Of a DNA stretch of 64,000 nucleotides, positions 37,486-50,639 are shown one piece after another (positions within the stretch are counted from its first letter, which is position 1; every line of letters begins with the position of its first letter). The notes under the pieces are model-generated. The model saw only the letters and a list, made by a program, of their open reading frames with translations. It did not search any database and had not been told where the DNA came from. The DNA is taken from the NCBI GenBank assembly GCA_964270895.1, contig OZ185441.1, one strand, 5' to 3'. The stretch is from Podarcis filfolensis (taxonomy: Eukaryota). The position numbers and the translations under genes were made by a program.

Positions 37486-37727
37486 CAGTGGTACCTCGGG
37501 TTAGATACGCTTCAGGTTACATATGCTTCAGGTTACAGACTTGGCTAACCCAGAAATAGTACCTCGGGTTAAGAACTTTGCTTCAGGATGAGAACAGAAA
37601 TCGGGCAGCAGCAGCGTGGCTGCAGCAGGAGGTGCCATTAGCTAAAGTGGTGCTTCAGGTTAAGAACAGTTTCAGGTTAAGAACGGACTACTGGAATGAA
37701 TTAAGTACTGAACCCGAGGTACCACTG
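37486..37727. mobile_element. Tc1/mariner (pogo/Tigger-like) MITE, 242 bp
   Basis: Perfect 17-bp TIRs CAGTGGTACCTCGGGTT and AACCCGAGGTACCACTG with TA duplication. It is inserted in a TA-rich tract and has internal repeats of gcttcaggtta. Confidence 0.92.
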
Positions 37728-40315
37728 TATATCTATATATATCTCCAACCTTTCAAAAAACAAATAGAGGTATTTACAGATACATGGTCAAAATGGAGAC
37801 CATTTTGGACAACATGGGAGTTAACATTCAATAATTCCCAAATACTCTGCACAAGGAGAGGGAGGGAGAAATCAATCTCAGACATGTCACTTGTTTGAAC
37901 CACCCTGGAACATTCATAGGCAATAAAGAATTCCATGTCAGCAGGTGAGTAAGATGGCAGGTGAGGGATGGAGCGATCTGTCCCCTACTCTGCTTGCCCA
38001 CTTTCTTTCTGTGCTGGATGGAGAAGAAGGCATGCACTGCCCTCTGCAGCCAGCACTAAACCAAGTTGGCTGGTGAAGGAGGAATGGAGAGAAGGATTTG
38101 TTTCTTACTGATCTGCCTAATAAGGAGCTTAGCAGAATCACATTTCCTCTCCACAGGCTAGTAAGATACCTGGCCTTATATACAAGCCTGCATTAGAAAA
38201 CGTATGCTTCAATGAAAAGGTGTTCTAGAAACACATGCTAGATTCGGAATAACCTAGTTTTTATTTTAGGATCTTAAGAAATGCAGCAAAACCAGCCTGC
38301 ATACAGAATGCTACACTAAGATGAATGTTGTCAAAAGGTTCATGTGGATACTTTTCAGCCCCATTAAGGCACAAGTGAGCCATCTGTTGGCCACCTCCTA
38401 CGGCGCAACACCACAAGCTTGAGGGGAGAGAGAGAACATGTATCCTACCCACTTACTGCTTTGGTCAGTCCATTGCCCCATTATGCAGCCCCTCACTACC
38501 CCCAAGGTAATGTGTCCTTCATCCCAAAACTGATGCCTAGTCCTCCGTTAAATAGTGATGATTTCCCAAAATGCTCCCCAGGTGGTCATACCATCCAGGC
38601 ATCAACAAGACCTGCTTAAATAAGTTAACGCTTCATGTGCTTTCCAACTACACCCATAGTCCCAGTGGTGTAATAACCAACCAATCATGTAAATGACAGG
38701 GGCAAATATTAATGGTATAGGTACTATGGATATACTACTGAATTATCTCTTGACCTGCCCCGCTTGTGAACTTTTTGCTGACAGTTGGCAACAGAAAGCT
38801 GGACAAGAGGGTAACCTCTGACCCTCCAGAAGTTGCTGGACTACAATTCCCATCATCTCGGACCACTGGTCATTCTGGCTCTGACTGATGGGAATCGAAT
38901 CCAACAACGTATGGAGGACAGCAGGCTCCCCACACACACCCTGAGACAAACCTTTGATCTGATCAAGTCAATTCCTTGGTGTGTTTTTTTATTTTAAAAA
39001 ATTCCAGTTCATATGCAATTGGGGGCAGGGGAAATAAATGTGCAGACTGCCTGGGGGAAACAAAATAACTGTCTACATCTTTTATGTTTGAGTGTATGCA
39101 AATTTACAAAACCATAGATTGTTAAAAGGAAGAAATTGCCAGGGGCAAAGCTTTGTTGTGTTGTTTTCTTTTTCTCCCCTTCAACCATGCATGTCTCTTC
39201 CCTTTCCTGTTTCTTAATTGGCTTTTTAAACCTTCTTTACTGTTCTATGTCCTGTGCGCCAGCTTTATTGGATCTTAGTGTGAGATAAAGATTGTGGCCC
39301 AAGCTATTCAATTCTCCTTTTGAGCATGTGAAGCCAGAACTTTCTAGAAGGGACCTGGAAGTATCTCAGCTTCAAATCCTTGCCATTAATAAATCTGCTA
39401 TTATCCAATTATCCAGTTCCATCTTCCTTGTAAACTCCACGTATCTACAAGCCAAAGCAAGGCTCCATATATTTAAGCATTTTGTATTTTGCACCACAGC
39501 AGCAGCCATCTTCTGCATAAACAGAGTTTGCTAGTAACACAAGAGGCATATACGAATGGTATGTTTTTCTTGTTTGCTCTTCCTGTCCTCCTGGGCCCTT
39601 CACAGGGCTGCCTCTCAAAGACTGCAGTAGATCTCTAGAGCCTTTCCATACTCCTGATAATAGGCAAAGTAAGCTGCGTTACAGGTAGCGATTCATGTGA
39701 ATCACTACTGGAGCATTCTGAAATTATAAACATTAAGAGTGTACCAGAATTGGTATCTCACACACACAAGCTAAGGGAAAGATCCAACCAAAATTAAACA
39801 TGTGCTAAAATGTCTCCCAACTTTAGTTGCAACAATCCCTATGTTTTGGTGAGTAAAAATTAGTTTATTTTCACTTTGAATAATTTGAAGGTCTTTAAAA
39901 AGGTATGAGCTCCTTCCATGGGGCTGATCAACCCAAGAGCAGGCGCCACAATTTGCAATTGTGTGTACAAAGCCACACACACACACACACCCCTTACAAA
40001 AAGAGAGAGAATCCCACAAACTTTTCATGGCAGCCTGCCTCTCCCGCACTTTGATGTTGTCTGCAAAAATCAATCCAAGGACAGGATACAACATCACCAA
40101 TGTGATGAAGTTTAAAGAGCTTTTGTCTATTGAAAGCATTTTTTATATACCTCTGTAATTACAGGACTACAAGATGCTGCCATCTCCATAAAAACAAGAA
40201 ATAGGCTTGCTTTGGACCATTAATCAAAGTTTAATCCACCATAGGTTATGATGCCAGGAACATATGTCAGACCTGAAAACACCTCCCCTAAAGGTGTTTA
40301 CTGTAAAGATTCTGA

Positions 40316-40612
40316 TTTAATAAATAATAATAATAATAATAATTATTATTATTATTATTTTATTTATGCCCTGCCCTTCTGGCTGGTTTTCCTCAGCCAT
40401 TCTGGACGGCTCCCAACAGAGGACTAAAAACAGAATAAAACTTCGAACATTAAAAACTTCCCTAAACAGGGCTGCCTTCAGATGTCTTCTAAAAATCAGA
40501 TAGTTGTTTATGTCGTTGACATTGATGGGAGGGTGTTCCACAGGATGGGCGCCACTACCGAGAAGGCCCTCTGCCTGGTTCCCCTGTAACCTCACCTCGA
40601 AGTGAGGGAACC
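40316..40612 (-). mobile_element. L2-clade LINE 3' end with (TAA)n-type tail
   Basis: The minus strand encodes NNYLIFRRHLKAALFREVFNV and contains agggccttctcggtagtggcgccc (RAFSVVAP). A TAA/TTA microsatellite tail lies at 40316-40370. Confidence 0.75.
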
Positions 40613-41110
40613 CGAGTTCTTTGTTGCATATGAAGCAGGGAACTCTAGCTTAATACTGGTAAACTAGAACAGTACATTGGGATGTAACCTAGCTTATTTT
40701 CCTGGCTTGTTAACCAAGGGTAAGCCAGAGTTCCTTCTGCTTTGACATAACAGGAACCCTTAGCTTAATACATGCCAATGTGTGCCAAAGCTGGTGCAAA
40801 TGAGTGAGAGGAGAGGGGAGTGAGAGAAGAGTGTTTTGGGCCCAATGTGCTTTCCTCGTTTTATAAACCATGGTTTATGGAGCTCTGCAAGATTGTCCAA
40901 ACTGGGTCACATTGTGAACTAGGCATGCAAAGTCCAAAGGAGAAGAAAAAAATATTTTCAGGATTTTTAAAGCACTGAGGAAAACAGGATGGCTGCATAA
41001 ATCCTTTCAAATCATGCACAATACCACCAGGTATTTAGATGAGGACATTTTTACTGCTGTTAGTTTTAAACACACATCACTGTTACCAAGTTATGTTTTA
41101 ATATCAATAC

Positions 41111-41237
41111 CTGCTTGTTGTTTTTCTTCTCTTCTGTGTTCTTCTTGTCATTCTTTTTGTAAGCTTCAAATGTTGCAAGATCAACGCTATACAAACACTC
41201 AGTCCATTTTCCATAGAGTGCACAAAGTTTCTTTTTG
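41111..41237 (-). CDS. OSBPL1A: OSBPL1A exon ((S)KKKLCALYGKWTECLYSVDLATFEAYKKNDKKNTEEKKNNKQ)
   Basis: Length is 127 nt with GT-AG boundaries. It is near-identical to the recalled human ORP1 segment. Confidence 0.96.
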
Positions 41238-42024
41238 CTGTCAAAGAGCCCCCCACAAAACAAACAAATTAAGGAACAGCAGAAGTACTGACTAATTATA
41301 ATATTCAGGTTCATACTCTTAACCACTGGCCTTCAATTGGTTGCTTGGGACTCAATACTGGGTCACAGCATGACCAAAGATAGGTTGCAACAGCATCTCT
41401 TACCACCATAGAAACAGATGGTAGAAAATTAAGAAATGGGTTCTCAGTGCATGTTTGAGTTTAAAGGTGGGTCCTTGATCTGAAAAGGCTGAATGAAGAC
41501 TACGGCTCTAAACAGAAGTTAAGACAGTAAATGCTCAACTCACAGAAGCTAATGAACATCTAAGGTGTAGGGGACATTTTTCAGATCCAAAGGAAGCATT
41601 ATTCTCTCACAAAATTGCATGCCACTGGTGAGCAGGGACAGAGACAAAAGAAGGAAACACAAAGAATGTGACTCTTGCCTTTGTACAGTGGGCTGCATTC
41701 TAACTATGCAGAAGTCAGAGGTTCATACACGAGTCTCTCTCCATCCAGGCAGGCAAGGGGCTTTATCACAGTTAAGACCACATTCTAGCCAGCCCAAAGC
41801 ACTCAGGGAAATGGGAGCAGGGCCAGTGAGGGGGGTGACCTGAACAAACGTCTGAGGACAAGAGAGGTAGCCTGGAGGGCCAAATCTGCCCCCTAGGACC
41901 TGAGGCTTCTCATCCCTAGTTATGCAACATAATTTAGGCTAATAGCATTTCAGCATTTTTGTGAAAAATAAAAATGAATGATCTGCCATCTGCTTTAGAA
42001 ATATAAGCAGAGAGGCTTGCTTAC

Positions 42025-42114
42025 CTTTTATCCTGAATGTAACCTTCCACTTTGTGCAACTCCTTCCCAAAAAGGCCACAGGGCTTGAAGTTTAACATGC
42101 ATTTTTCACCAGTT
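42025..42114 (-). CDS. OSBPL1A: OSBPL1A exon ((K)TGEKCMLNFKPCGLFGKELHKVEGYIQDK(S))
   Basis: Length is 90 nt, phase 2-2, with GT-AG boundaries. Confidence 0.96.
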
Positions 42115-42568
42115 CTGTGGGGGCAGAAAATTAAATTTAACTCTCATAATTTACACTTTCACATCAAATACTGGCTAAGCCATTTAAAGTACTTCAAGCA
42201 TGCAAGCTCTAGCTCCTGTAGCGTTCAACATAATATATGTACTATATCTGCCTTGGGTTTATGAGCTTTACTACTAAGGAGATACTCTGAAAGCGTTAAA
42301 GGAAAAAAGAAGCCCTGATCCAATATAAATTAAATACACTGGATCTCTGACCACTGCAAGAGTAACATAATACTCCCTTAAGCACTCTTTCTCCAGGAAC
42401 ATTTTGGATCTGAGTGATGCAGAGCAGTGCTATTCATGTTGACTGACAACACTGATTATGCTTTTAATGTTTTCTTATGCATTGGAATTAAGAGTGCATT
42501 TTATATCTGTTACAGTATGAGCATGCCACACTTTCAAGCTAAGTAGCAAGTTAAGACTTCCAGCTTAC

Positions 42569-42676
42569 TTGTGATTGGTTATTTCCATATTCCCATACTG
42601 CTCAATCCAAAGCTTGCCCACAATAATATTATGCACACAGCATGTAGGATTTGTCCATGTGTATGCTTCATTATGT
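42569..42676 (-). CDS. OSBPL1A: OSBPL1A exon ((E)HNEAYTWTNPTCCVHNIIVGKLWIEQYGNMEITNH(K))
   Basis: Length is 108 nt, phase 2-2. It contains the ORD motif VHNIIVGKLWIEQYG. Confidence 0.97.
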
Positions 42677-43235
42677 CTGAAAGGAAGCAAAGAGAATAGG
42701 CTCTTAGATTCACAAAACAAAAGTCATCAGAACATGCCTTTAGGTCAAAATCTTTCACGGTGCAAGGAAGCGTAAGCTGACGATTACTTTTCGCTCTCAC
42801 AATTTTGTAGGCTTTAGCAAATCTTGGCCAGTCAGTCCTACCTTAACTCTCTCCCCATCTCCTGGCCAGATGAATCTAGGTTTCAGGCATGCACCATGAA
42901 AGTCACCTATCCTAAATTGACTTGGGAATCTCTCAAACACATTTAAGACAATCCCACAATAGCCAGTTCTTCTGCACAGGTTTCAAAGACAGGGACTTCA
43001 GCAGCTGACCTTGCCTAAGCTCAGTCACATACCATACTTACAGATGTAGCTCAGTCCACCTGAACTATGACAAGGAAAGAGCTCTGCCCATATCAGATGA
43101 GCACACCTATCCTCTGGTTCTCAAAGCTCTGACAGCCAGACGTGTGCAGTTTGCCTTCCTTCCTTTTACTTAGATACCATGCCTGCTTGGTTCCATCTAC
43201 AATTGGGGAGGGAGTGTTCAGGTTTAAGGATAGAA

Positions 43236-43584
43236 CAGTGGCTCCCCAAACGTTGTTTTTTTCACAGACCACTTGAAAATTGGTGAGCACCTTGGCTGAG
43301 TACTTAATGCTTTTTCCATCTGTCTTAGCAAATGTAATGCTTTATTAAAGATGCTGTATAATTTTCTAATTGTATTTGCATTGTTTTTTTAAAATTTCCT
43401 GTATATTGTATTTGATTTTAATCCATAGCATTTAAACTGTAATACAATCAAATACAATGTAAGAAATAAGAGAAGCAATTAAAATACAGTTAAAAATCAG
43501 CATTTAACATGATGGGCATGCTGTCTCCCAAGTTCCCCAACACAACACAGACCACCTGAACAACCACATTTTGGGAACCCCCAG
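43236..43584. mobile_element. Probable hAT (Charlie-like) non-autonomous element
   Basis: Left end cagtggctccccaaac and right end ttttgggaacccccag resemble degenerate CAGTGGTTCCCAAAC TIRs. The interior is AT-rich. No clean 8-bp TSD was seen. Confidence 0.45.
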
Positions 43585-43667
43585 TATACATTATACAACA
43601 CTGCGGTTTACATGCCACTTGCTTTTTGCCTAAGGCAGCTAAAAAGGTATCACATAGATCAACTTAC

Positions 43668-43850
43668 TCAAGAAGTTTCAAAGTTATTATCCCTTTGGGT
43701 TCTGCTTCAACACTCTTTCCCCAGAACTTTAGTTTAGGATAAATAGAACCATGAAACACAAAGTCATTGCTCAGTCCTTCAGCATAAAAAGCACTGATTG
43801 GTGGGTGATGACTAACTTGCTCCGAGATGAGTCTGAATCCAAGGTCCTCT
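43668..43850 (-). CDS. OSBPL1A: OSBPL1A exon carrying the OSBP signature EQVSHHPP
   Basis: Length is 183 nt, phase 2-2: (R)EDLGFRLISEQVSHHPPISAFYAEGLSNDFVFHGSIYPKLKFWGKSVEAEPKGIITLKLL(E). Confidence 0.98.
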
Positions 43851-44037
43851 CTAAACATGGAAAGAAAGTGACAGTTGAGTGATATTTGCAGTTTCTCTAC
43901 AAAAGGGGATAAAATGAGGCATTGCCACATCAGCTTTGTACATTAAAAAAGAATCAATGAACAAAATCTTAAATATCTGACATTAACTTTCAATTCTCAA
44001 TGAGCCAGCCAGTTAAACTGCACTGTGAGTTTGTTAC

Positions 44038-44135
44038 CTGACCAGTTCATACGTCTCTCCAAGTAATGGGTTGAATGGCTTTCCTGTACGTTCCCACTGA
44101 GAGGCAACAGCTGAGACAGCAAAGGCAGCTACACA
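44038..44135 (-). CDS. OSBPL1A: OSBPL1A exon ([32 protein letters not shown](R))
   Basis: Length is 98 nt. It contains the ORD motif [12 protein letters not shown]. Confidence 0.98.
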
Positions 44136-44530
44136 CTGTTGAAAAAGCAATTTGCACTCATATTTATGTTTGTTTAAAGCAGAAAATCGTACCAATTATT
44201 TTGTGTGGGTTTTTTTTAAAGCACTAACTCTCATAAAGAGGTAAGCATTCGAGTAGTTAAGTAGAATGAAAACATGTAACGAGGAAAAAGTCAATTACAA
44301 CCACCCACTTTAAAAATAGAAAAACCAAAGAGTTAAGCAGTACTGCTTAATGCCAACCTAACAGCTCTGATATTCAATAGCCGGAGGCAAAATTACTTTT
44401 ATTTCATGCACAACAATGTGCACAACAGTGTTTTAGATGTTGTCATAATAAGCAGCTCTCTTTATCTACCTGCATGAAAGAGTATGCAACATTCAGAGAA
44501 CACCAGATGCATTTATTTTAAGTAGAGTAC

Positions 44531-44665
44531 CTGCATTCTTTCGACCGGGTCCAAAAGCGAACTGGCCTTATGAATTAAGTATGTATGCTCCATATATTCT
44601 GTCAGTCGCTGTAGGAAACTCAGTGGCTCGTTAAAAATTACTGGCATAGTGATCTTCGACAGCTC
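44531..44665 (-). CDS. OSBPL1A: OSBPL1A exon (ELSKITMPVIFNEPLSFLQRLTEYMEHTYLIHKASSLLDPVERMQ)
   Basis: Length is 135 nt, phase 0-0. It contains the motif MPVxFNEPLSFLQR. Confidence 0.97.
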
Positions 44666-45549
44666 CTAGCAGAGTGTTAAAAGCATTTATTAAAAATGTT
44701 TACATATACTATTGCGCATTGCCAACATTATGACTGGTATATGTCTTATCATAAAATACAGCTGGTACATATTGGGGAAGGTAGAGGGTGATATGAAGGG
44801 AAAGTGGGGGGCAGGAACCCTGTCTCCCTTTTAAACAAGAGCCCATACAGCATGCAACGGGTAGAGTACTGAAGTTGTATCAGGGAAACCTGGTTTCAAA
44901 TTTCCACTAAGCCATGAAACTCACAAAACAATTCCTAGTCCCTCACTCACTCTAATCTACATCACAGGGTGGCTGCGATGATAAAATGGGCAAGGGAAAG
45001 GACCACCCTAAGCTTGAGAATATTACTAAACCACAAATCATGAAAAGAGTTGAAAGAAGGCTGATTTACAGTGAGCTGAAATTACACTTAGAAGGCATTA
45101 ATGCAAAAGGGCCGGTATTAATTAAGCTGTAATTATTTCATTGTTAATTATTAATTACAATATTAATTATTAATCACAGCATTAATTTATAAAGTACCTA
45201 ACAGGCACTGTATAAGAAATAAAAAACCTAACAAGCTTTACCTGCAGGCTACAAACCAGAATTGATTCCCCCAACTTAGTTTCTTCCAGATGTTTTGGAC
45301 AAGAACTTGCATCATCCCTGACCATTGCTCATGCTGGCTGCAGCTGATAAAAGCTTGCCACACTTTTGTGACATTTGATTTTATATAAGACACACACCCA
45401 TTTACTTCCGAAATGCATGCATACATCAGTCAGTCCTTAATTCTTTTATTCAAAAGCCAGGTTGGGGGGGAGGGATCAATAATCTATTACTACACATTTA
45501 CTATAAAGACTATGATTAAGCTTTTTATTTGAAGCTATGTTTCACCTAC

Positions 45550-45625
45550 CATTCCAATGCACTTTCTTAAGATGCTCCAAATACTGAAATCATTTCTGGA
45601 AAACATTGGAGAAGGCAAGCTTGTC
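45550..45625 (-). CDS. OSBPL1A: OSBPL1A exon ((R)TSLPSPMFSRNDFSIWSILRKCIGM), start of the ORD
   Basis: Length is 76 nt with GT-AG boundaries. It is identical to the recalled human segment. Confidence 0.96.
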
Positions 45626-48069
45626 CTAGATGGGGTGGGGGTGGGGGTGGGGTGGGGGCAAGAGACCAAGTTCATTAGACCTGAATAATATACTTCTAGT
45701 TTAAGTATTTGCAGAATGAAGAGTGTATGCAATACTGACAGAACAGAAACCTGTCTAACAACAGCCAACTGGTCTCCCAACCCTCAATTTTTCTATTCAA
45801 ACAGGGCTCATGATACATCACTGATCACAAACCAGTTATGTACCTCAATATAAACCACCCAAATGTGCTGTGCTGCATAGTAGCAATAAAGATAATGCAA
45901 CTTTGGTTGGGTAACCAATTCAGACAAACTGTTTTGTCACACAGGTAGTTGAGAAGATCTGTCCTCAATATAAAAGTATGAATAATTATACTAAATTTGG
46001 GTCTATGTAAGGCATTGTCATACATTTAATTAAGAACTACAGTACTTAAGGTTAAACAGCCCAGTATTCTGTATGAGTAACCACAGCTCAATTTGTAAAA
46101 GCAATTTTTAAAAAACAGGACTTTAAGAAAAGATGTGCACCTGTGTAAACATATTTCTGAAGCACGAGAGGTGGGTGGGTGACATCCCACTTAATTCTGG
46201 ACACTTGGTAAAGGCATTAAGTGTGTTAAGGATCCTACCTTTGGGTGGGGGAAGCCTGTTCCATTTCTTTACTATGCAACTGCTTCCCCTAGTATCATAC
46301 AATTCAGTTGAGTGATGAAGTTGACTAGATTAGACTAGAAGCTGTCTGTGATCCAGACAAATTCACACCTAAGGAAGACTGTTCTGAACGGTGGGATATT
46401 ATCTGGATGGCTCTCTCTTACTTTGTCCCTGCCCCAAATATACATTAAGCTGCCTTTTTTTTTTTAAAGCTCAAAAACCAGTTCTAACAATGCCAAGAAA
46501 GAATGACTTTTCATGGTTGTCATCCAATGTGTTCCCGCAACAGTCACGCTAGAATGTAGATGGGTATTGCAGCAGGTGCTAGTCATGCCTCTGTAAGAAT
46601 ACCGTGAGAATTATTGCTTGAAGCAAAAAAGCCTACAAAACCAGTTTGACAAGAGCCCATAATGGAACAGGAAAAATGAACATGCATTATCACTGGAAGT
46701 AACTGTTCTACAATGCCACTGTCCAACTCCCTGAAAGATTATCCTTGTACAAAGCCTGTACTACAGCACCTTTTGGCACCAGATGCGTCTTCATTCCACC
46801 AACAACAGAAAATACAAATGTTTTTACACTTGTATTATATGTATTTTTTAAATCCCACCACCCACCACAACCACCAACTTAATTACAAGTGGTTAGCTTT
46901 TAATCCTACATCTTAATCAAACTCACTAGAAGGGCTATTAACCTATCTCACAGGGTTGTGAGATTAAAGTAAGCAAAAATATCTGGTAACCTGCCAAAAG
47001 CTCTTAAGGCAGGAAAACCTAACTTGTATTTATCCAGTTCTAATGGTGCAAAATACATTATTAATTTCTACACCAGGCCAACATAAACTCAGTGAATTCC
47101 CCCCAACCCCCCCCCCCAATAAAGCACTGTTAGCATGCAAGTCAGCATGAAAAATTGAATATTTTAAGGGAACAATTTTAAGCTAGGTGGCCTTTAATAT
47201 ACTTGTGCACCAAAGAGATGCTGTCTTTCCAAGCATAATTTGCTCTTTTTTTAGTCACCAGACCTGGGGAATCCCAGTCCAAATATGTTCCTTCTTCCAG
47301 TATTAAATAAGTGTGATTTTTGTTTTTTAAAGTAACACAAAACACAACCCTACAGGTGCACTTGCTTCGTGTTATGATTTTCCTCAAAAGAACACCAAAA
47401 TGAATAATCTGTATATCACTAAAAACACTTGACATTTTGTAACCGGGTGTTTTACCCTTATAGTAAGAAACACAATTGGAGAAAATTGTTCTTCACTTTC
47501 CTGAGAACAGTCATCCTGGGAGTAGTGAGTTCAATCCTCATGCTATATGGAGACTGTTCAAAATAAATCTCTGCCTGCCATGAACAAAATCCTGTCCAAG
47601 TCTCTGAAAATAGTCCCTCTGAAAATTTCACAGTGTTGCTTCAACCTCCCTGAGCCCAACAGGAAGTCAGATGGCAGACTCCTGTCGTTGTAAAGTTGTT
47701 TTCCTGGATTTACTACCTATTTTGAATGTACTTCTCTACTCAACAAACTCTTTCCAAGGATCCACTAAACAGATCCAGCCTGGTGCACTGGACCCCCAGA
47801 GTCTTTCCTCTTTTATTTTCCCTCCTTAGAGGAGACATGTTTTTGTGGCATCCTGGGCCACACTTGGTAGGGAGAAGCCAAAAGCTGGGAAATCCACAAG
47901 GTTGCTTTGAACCTCCCCTTCAGATATTTTTCTGACTCGTATGGCACTTGTCAGCAGCAAGTGAGCTTCCCCAGTACCACAGCCTTTAGGAATTCCAAGG
48001 GCATCTCCACTAAGCAGGTCAGTCACTCAGCTCAAAGCCTTATAATTCACTCCCACAAGACTTGGGCCC

Positions 48070-48180
48070 TGCTTGTGGACTTCCCAAAGGCATTTGGTTG
48101 GAGACTGTGAGAACAGCATGCTGGACTAGATGGGTATCTGTGTCCTGATCCAGTGGGTTTTATTTTGTTAAGTCTTTAGC
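48070..48180 (+). mobile_element. CR1-type LINE 3' end fragment
   Basis: gcttgtggacttcccaaaggcatttggttggagactgtgagaacagcatgctggactagatggg...cctgatccag resembles squamate CR1 3' ends as recalled. Confidence 0.5.
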
Positions 48181-48352
48181 TTCCTTTCACAATGCATTCT
48201 TTTCCCCCTCTTCCCTCTAATTACGGTATTGCGAGCTTAGCCTTATTTCTGAGAATGCTGCCCAGTCAAGAAAGAGGTCAGCAACGTCTAACACTGACAG
48301 TTTTCTCCGGTATCATGAATGAGCAACTGTCTGTCCCTGTCTCTATGTTCTC

Positions 48353-48661
48353 TTTTTATATTAAATTATATTTTATTAGTTTTCCATACATTTATACCAC
48401 ATTAACAATTTACATTAAACTTTTCGGTTTTTTGACTTCCTTCGGCTTCTCTGCCAATCATTCAAATTCTAATTTTTTTAAATACACATTTCCAAATTTT
48501 AGTATTGCCTTTATACCTACCCCCTCTTATATTTTGCTTTTTTACAATATTTCTTATTCTGTTACAGAGCTTCTTTAAATGCCACTAACGTTATTCCGTT
48601 ATCACTTATACATTCCCAGTATTCTGCTAATTTTCTCCAGTCCTCGATGAATTTTTGATCT
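48353..48661 (-). mobile_element. 5'-truncated L1-like LINE insertion with a 16-bp target-site duplication
   Basis: Direct repeat CTGTCTCTATGTTCTC at 48337-48352 and 48662-48677. The minus strand reads DQKFIEDWRKLAEYWECISDNGITLVAFKEAL*, then a UTR and an A-rich tail. Confidence 0.75.
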
Positions 48662-50639
48662 CTGTCTCTATGTTCTCAAACTACACAGCTCAGTTCCTGC
48701 CTGTGTACACCACTAAGGATATGCATGTTCAAATATTAGTGTTTCATTATTTTGTAGCACAAGAGAAGGCAAGCCCACAGAAAGAGAAAGCAAATGCAGC
48801 GGAAAGTTGACAGAGAAGTTGGTTTTCTGTAACTTTCCATCAAGATTAATGCTAGATTGCACAAAACTGAAGGGGAAAGGAAACAACTGCACCCCAATAG
48901 TGAAGGTGGCTATTAAGCAAAACTTTGTGGGCGAGGAACACAATTGCATAGAAATAGAATAAAATGCTCTCAGCCACCATTCAAAATTTAATAGTAACAT
49001 TATTTGGGAATACCATTCAATGCTTCCCATGTTACATGCTGCATTAGCCACATCTACACTACATATTTCAAAACCAGTTTACCCATCAGGGCTTTCCCCC
49101 AAAGAACTCTGTGAAGATACCCAAAGCAGTCCATGTCCCTTTATACAGCAATAGTTCAGGGCTCACTGGGTGGAAGCCATGAAGGTTAAAACAAGTTGAC
49201 ATTTAAAGTATAGACATAAATATCACTTGTGAAACAGTAATGTGCTTAAGTTATATTTAGGGGACTTCTCTATCTGCCCACCCCCACCCCCTTTAATAAT
49301 TTTTACACCCCCACCCCCACCCCGGCTAAGCTAAGAGTACTATATCTGGGAAGGAAGTAGTGGTCCCTTCACAGGACAGGCCTGCATCCAGATAACATTT
49401 TGACTCCACTTGATGGGAGACAGGAAGGCCCCGTTATTAAGGCAAGTGCACAGTCCAGGATATCTGAAAAAGAATTCACAAGTGAGACAGAAGTCTTCAA
49501 TTTCAGAAAAGAAAACACTTGCATGACTCTAAAGCTCCTTAACAATATGCCTCCCTATACTTCTTTGCAACTATCATCAGCAACCAGCATTTATTACTTA
49601 CTCCAGTGAAAAAGATCAGTTAAAAAAAAAAAGATTGTCAGAATTGATTTCATCCAAATTAGTGCAAAAGGGCAGGAAAATGTTTTCTAGTTTTAGAACT
49701 GCTTTCTTCAGTTACTCATCAGGATAGAGGGCAAGGTTTATATTGTTTATTTTATACTAATCTTTACCCTGCCCTTCATCCAAAAAATGCCCCAGACCAG
49801 TTTACAGAGCAATACAAAACAATAGAGTCACCGCCCTCAGGGTTATAATTTAAAAAGACAGCACAATGGAGAAATGGTTCAGGAGGAATGAAGAAGTAAG
49901 ACGATTTGGTTCAAGTTCTTAGTGTCAAGTTCTCTTAACAAACAGCTGGGGTAGAAAAATCCGAAGAGAGGCAGTCACTGGCCTCTCAGTTGCAGTGATG
50001 AAGCGAGAGGCCCTTCCCTGCTACCGCTTGATGTAATGGCTGCCACCAGGTTGCAATGGTGAGAAAGAGGAACATGATTTCTCAGCTTAATAGATTTTTA
50101 ATTCTATGAAATATTTTGCTTTATTTCACAGTACTACATTTTGCATTCCTTATGCTATATGCCCTAAACGGCATGGTATTTGTTTACTCACCAAAGCAGC
50201 TAACTATGGGCCTACCAATTTCAATAGAGTTTCAGTGAATAAAGAGGGAAGCGTTATACTAAGGAAGTGTGTGTTCTGTCTCAATAAATGCATTCCTTGC
50301 ACAGGTTATTTGCAGAAGACAAGCTGACACTAGTGTTTAACTTAAACAATGCTTTTTTTATTTAAAAAACATTGTACCACTTTTACTGCTGCAATTCTGA
50401 AGGGGTACATGTGTATGTCTGAGTAACGCTTCTAGCAGTTTTTGTAGCGAATGCTTGGTTTATTTTACAACAGTAAAAAGACCGGCATTTTCATGGCAAT
50501 AAAAATAAAGGCATAACCTTCAAAAACTGGCCGGGTAAATGTTCCAGTAAGTCAAAAAAAGAAAAAAGAAAAGGGAAAAAAAGAACAGTAGATAAGTTGA
50601 AGAAGCCCATGGAACTTGACCAAAATGGATCTGGAGCAC

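Noticed and set aside
47178-47435. 85-aa minus-strand ORF and the other 60-130 aa track ORFs in introns
   Set aside because: No recognisable motifs, many begin at non-ATG codons, and their lengths fit chance expectation.
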